The notes under the pieces: generated by a model
What the model was told of the DNA's origin: nothing
Databases searched by the model: none
What the model saw: the letters and a program-made list of their open reading frames with translations, nothing else
Shown: positions 41,577 through 44,839 of the stretch, in pieces
Numbering within the stretch: position 1 is the first letter of the stretch
Layout: each line of letters begins with the position of its first letter
Sequence record: SRR22947725_398
Direction: 5' to 3' (one strand)
Length of the DNA stretch: 44,839 bases
Position numbers and translations under genes: made by a program

Positions 41577-41855
41577 AAGTATGGTATGTCAATAAAGTTG
41601 ATTATATTACGACCTGTAAGAAACCCATGCCATTATAAAGGATCAACTAAGTTATAATAAATAATATAAATATCAGATAATCAGCAGTTTAATTTAATTT
41701 GAAAAATCAATTATCTTTGTAAACCAAAAGAGAAAACTTGTATTGAGAATCTCTTCGATCCTAGAAGTGACATCAATGAACACTGCAACCGAGGCAGTTG
41801 GTTCGAGGGCCAAGTTTACATAAAACACACTTATCGATCGACTCAAAGACTAAAT

Positions 41856-44453
41856 CTAACCAACCTTCATCACAAGTTCGTCATCCTTTACTGAAAAGGC
41901 GACTTCACTCCCCTCCTCTACTTCACCGGCGACTAAAGCACGCGCCAGTTGGGTCTCGACTTGCTTCTGTAAGAATCGCTTAAGCGGGCGGGCTCCATAA
42001 GTCGGGTCGTACCCTTTTTCCCCGATCCATTTCTTAGCAGCATCCGTGAATACGACAGTTACCTTTCGGTCCTCTAGGCGTTTGTTCAGGCTATTGAGGA
42101 GCAGGTCGACAATTTCAGTAATTTCTTCGAGTGAGAGGGGCTTGAATAAAACCGTATCGTCAATTCGGTTAAGAAATTCTGGACGAAAATGATCCCGTAA
42201 ATCTGCCATGACCGACTCGCGGGCGGATTCAGAAATTTCATTATCGATCAAGTTTTCCTGCAGGTAACGGCTACCCACATTGGAGGTCATGATGACCACT
42301 ACATTCTTAAAGTCCACCGTTCGACCCTGCGAGTCTGTGAGGCGTCCATCGTCCATCAATTGGAGCAAAACATTGAAGACATCGGGGTGTGCTTTTTCAA
42401 TCTCATCAAAAAGAATTACGGAATATGGTTTACGGCGCACTGCTTCGGTCAGTTGTCCGCCTTCCTCATACCCAACATAACCAGGAGGTGCACCGATCAG
42501 ACGAGCCACAGAATGCTTCTCCATGTATTCAGACATATCGATACGGACGACATTATTTTCGCTATCGAACAGGCTCTCTGCAAGCGTCTTGGCAAGCTCG
42601 GTCTTTCCGACTCCGGTAGGGCCAAGAAAAAGGAATGATCCGATTGGGCGGTTCGGATCTTTAATACCCGCCCGTGCACGCATGATCGCTTCAGAAACGG
42701 CATCCACCGCTTCGTCCTGGCCAATCACACGCTCATGTAAAATACTTTGCAGACGGAGAATTTTTTCCCGCTCGCCTTCAATTAATTTAGTCACCGGTAC
42801 GCCAGTCCAACGGGCCACAATATCGGCAATTTCTTCAGCAGTAACTTCTTCCTTGAGGATCGAATCCTCTTTTTTCTCCATTTTTTCGAGAGATTCCAAT
42901 TCTGCTTCCAAAGTGGGAAGCTTTCCGTGTTTAAGCTCGGCAACCAGATTCAAATCATAGGCTCGTTCGGCACGTTCCATATCAGCCCGCATCGTTTCAA
43001 TTTGCTCGCGCAGAACACGAACATCGTCGATGCCCTTACGTTCATTTTCCCACTGTCGCTTGATGGTCTCCATCTTGTCCCGAGCATTACCCAATTCCTT
43101 GCGAAGTGTTTCCAAGCGGTCCTTACTGGACTTATCCTTCTCCTGCTTAAGTGCAGTTTCTTCGATCTCAAGTTGGAGAACGCGACGGCTAATTTCGTCT
43201 AATTCAGAGGGCATACTGTCCAATTCCGTACGAATCATAGCACAGGCTTCGTCAACAAGATCAATTGCTTTATCGGGTAAGAAACGGTCCGAAATATAGC
43301 GATTGGAAAGCACTGCAGCGTTAACCAACGCTTCATCCCGAATATTCACGCCATGGTGAATTTCAAAGCGTTCGCGCAAGCCTCGAAGAATCGAAATCGT
43401 GTCCTCCACATTAGGTTGCTCCACAAGTACCGTTTGAAAACGACGCTCGAGAGCAGCGTCTTTTTCAATATTCTGACGATATTCATTGAGCGTTGTTGCT
43501 CCGATACAATGAAGTTCACCTCGAGCGAGCATCGGTTTCAACATATTTCCCGCATCAATTGCACCCTCAGCCTTTCCGGCTCCAACAATGGTATGCATCT
43601 CGTCAATGAAAAGAACTATTCTTCCCTCCGCTTTGCTTACTTCGTTTAGGACTGCCTTCAAGCGTTCCTCAAATTCACCTCGGAATTTTGCTCCGGCTAA
43701 CAAAGAACCCATTTCCAAAGTAAAAATAGTTTTATCTTTAAGCCCTTCGGGTACGTCGCCACGTACAATTCGCTGGGCCAATCCTTCTACAATGGCAGTT
43801 TTACCTACGCCCGGTTCACCTATGAGAACGGGGTTATTTTTCGTCTTACGAGATAGTATTCGAATGACTCGACGAATCTCTGAATCTCTCCCGATCACGG
43901 GATCCAGTTTACCAGACTTCGCCTGTTCCACTAAATCGATTCCATATTTTTTAAGAGCTCGAAAAGAATTCTCTGGAGTACGTGAGTTTATTTTCTGGCC
44001 ACCTCTTAAATTTTGTAAGGTTTCTTTAATCTTTTTTTCAGAGAGATCAAAATTTTTCAGGAATTGCGTATAGGTCGCGGGTTTACCCACACTGGCTAGT
44101 CCAAGTAACAAATGTTCTGTGCTCACATAATCATCCTGCATCTCAACCGAAACTTTTTGCCCCTTTTCAATCGCCTCAGTCAATGCAACGGAAGCGTAAG
44201 AGCGAGATGTATTGATATCGCCTGCAATCTTGGGTAAATTTTTAAGTTCTCTCTGTAGACCCAGTTGAACCGGTGCGATTCCCACTCCCATCTCATCTAA
44301 TAACGCCGGTACAATTCCATTCTCCTGCGCAATCAAAGCGGAAGTTAAATGCCAAACTTCAACTTCTTGTTGGCCATTTCGTTTCGCCACTTCTGCCATC
44401 TCTTTTATTGCAGAAATTCCAAGTTCAGTAAATTTTTCAGGATCGATATTCAT
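41856..44453 (-). CDS. clpB: ATP-dependent disaggregase ClpB
   Basis: Two AAA modules ([16 protein letters not shown]), coiled-coil M-domain, [32 protein letters not shown]. Confidence 0.97.
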   Translation of the reverse strand: MNIDPEKFTELGISAIKEMAEVAKRNGQQEVEVWHLTSALIAQENGIVPALLDEMGVGIAPVQLGLQRELKNLPKIAGDINTSRSYASVALTEAIEKGQKVSVEMQDDYVSTEHLLLGLASVGKPATYTQFLKNFDLSEKKIKETLQNLRGGQKINSRTPENSFRALKKYGIDLVEQAKSGKLDPVIGRDSEIRRVIRILSRKTKNNPVLIGEPGVGKTAIVEGLAQRIVRGDVPEGLKDKTIFTLEMGSLLAGAKFRGEFEERLKAVLNEVSKAEGRIVLFIDEMHTIVGAGKAEGAIDAGNMLKPMLARGELHCIGATTLNEYRQNIEKDAALERRFQTVLVEQPNVEDTISILRGLRERFEIHHGVNIRDEALVNAAVLSNRYISDRFLPDKAIDLVDEACAMIRTELDSMPSELDEISRRVLQLEIEETALKQEKDKSSKDRLETLRKELGNARDKMETIKRQWENERKGIDDVRVLREQIETMRADMERAERAYDLNLVAELKHGKLPTLEAELESLEKMEKKEDSILKEEVTAEEIADIVARWTGVPVTKLIEGEREKILRLQSILHERVIGQDEAVDAVSEAIMRARAGIKDPNRPIGSFLFLGPTGVGKTELAKTLAESLFDSENNVVRIDMSEYMEKHSVARLIGAPPGYVGYEEGGQLTEAVRRKPYSVILFDEIEKAHPDVFNVLLQLMDDGRLTDSQGRTVDFKNVVVIMTSNVGSRYLQENLIDNEISESARESVMADLRDHFRPEFLNRIDDTVLFKPLSLEEITEIVDLLLNSLNKRLEDRKVTVVFTDAAKKWIGEKGYDPTYGARPLKRFLQKQVETQLARALVAGEVEEGSEVAFSVKDDELVMKVG

Positions 44454-44464
44454 GGTTGTACTAG

Positions 44465-44481
44465 TGCAAGTTGCGTTCCGA
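44465..44481 (-). promoter_or_regulatory. Candidate sigma54 (-24/-12) promoter of clpB
   Basis: Minus strand TCGGAACGCAACTTGCA is GG-N10-GC with ACG and TTGCA matching consensus; predicted +1 near 44454, next to the ATG. Confidence 0.6.
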
Positions 44482-44586
44482 TTCGATTATTAGACTAATC
44501 CTTAGATAAAACCAACGATTTAGAGGAATAACTCATTTTTCACTAATAGAAAAACCGGGACAAAGTAGGGCTGAAAAAACCAAAAC

Positions 44587-44601
44587 GAGACATATTGTCT
44601 C
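44587..44601. promoter_or_regulatory. Palindrome, possible enhancer/operator between clpB and nth
   Basis: GAGACA-tat-TGTCTC, about 140 bp upstream of the predicted clpB +1. Confidence 0.4.
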
Positions 44602-44647
44602 ACTTAGTTCGATTGTAATCACGAGAAATTTACTTAATTCTAATCAA

Positions 44648-44830
44648 ATGAAAATTTCTGAGAGAGCTACTTTGGTTGATCATGAATTGGCTAAATTATA
44701 CCCCAACCCACCGATTCCGCTAGACCACCAGGATTCTTACACCTTGTTGATTGCCGTTTTACTCTCCGCCCAATGCACTGATGCAAGAGTAAATAAAATC
44801 ACACCAAATCTTTTCCAATGTGATAAGTGA
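44648..44830 (+). CDS. nth: Endonuclease III N-terminal fragment (stop after 60 aa, at the window end)
   Basis: LYPNPPIPLDHQDSYTLLIAVLLSAQCTDARVNKITPNLF is the Nth N-terminus; in-frame TGA at 44828-44830. Confidence 0.8.
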   Translation: MKISERATLVDHELAKLYPNPPIPLDHQDSYTLLIAVLLSAQCTDARVNKITPNLFQCDK

Positions 44831-44839
44831 ACGGGATAT

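Noticed and set aside
41778-41804. Bulged hairpin downstream of clpB
   Set aside because: Short stem and no U-tract; insufficient for a terminator or sRNA call.
42280-44073. Several plus-strand ORFs opposite clpB
   Set aside because: Typical antisense shadows of a conserved chaperone gene.

Overview
A gene-dense bacterial chromosomal segment. The gene repertoire suggests a Verrucomicrobiota/PVC organism, probably Opitutales-like (inference only). Contents in order: (1) a PfkB kinase and a PHP-like gene running off the left edge; (2) a secreted GlcG/HbpS protein, a two-domain PPK2 (polyP:AMP phosphotransferase) and an outer-membrane beta-barrel with its terminator; (3) an ECF sigma / anti-sigma / PDZ triad; (4) a partial ebo cluster (eboE-eboC-eboD-eboF, without eboA/B); (5) a 15-kb MoxR-DUF58-BatA/vWA-vWA/PA14-giant coiled-coil-prenyltransferase/squalene-cyclase-repeat operon; (6) a minus-strand run of sdhCAB, argH, a DA1-like peptidase and a lactonase-like amidohydrolase; (7) pyrG, an amidohydrolase and a MacB/FtsX-type ABC pair; (8) a secreted hypothetical protein, clpB and a truncated nth at the right edge. 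I saw no tRNA, rRNA, CRISPR array or mobile element. The most notable observations are an exported SHD1-LIM-zinc finger-DA1 peptidase that closely resembles plant DA1, a candidate ~73-nt sigma54-dependent small RNA upstream of eboE, and a sigma54-type, apparently leaderless promoter for clpB. All family assignments come from motif recognition by eye; no searches were run.
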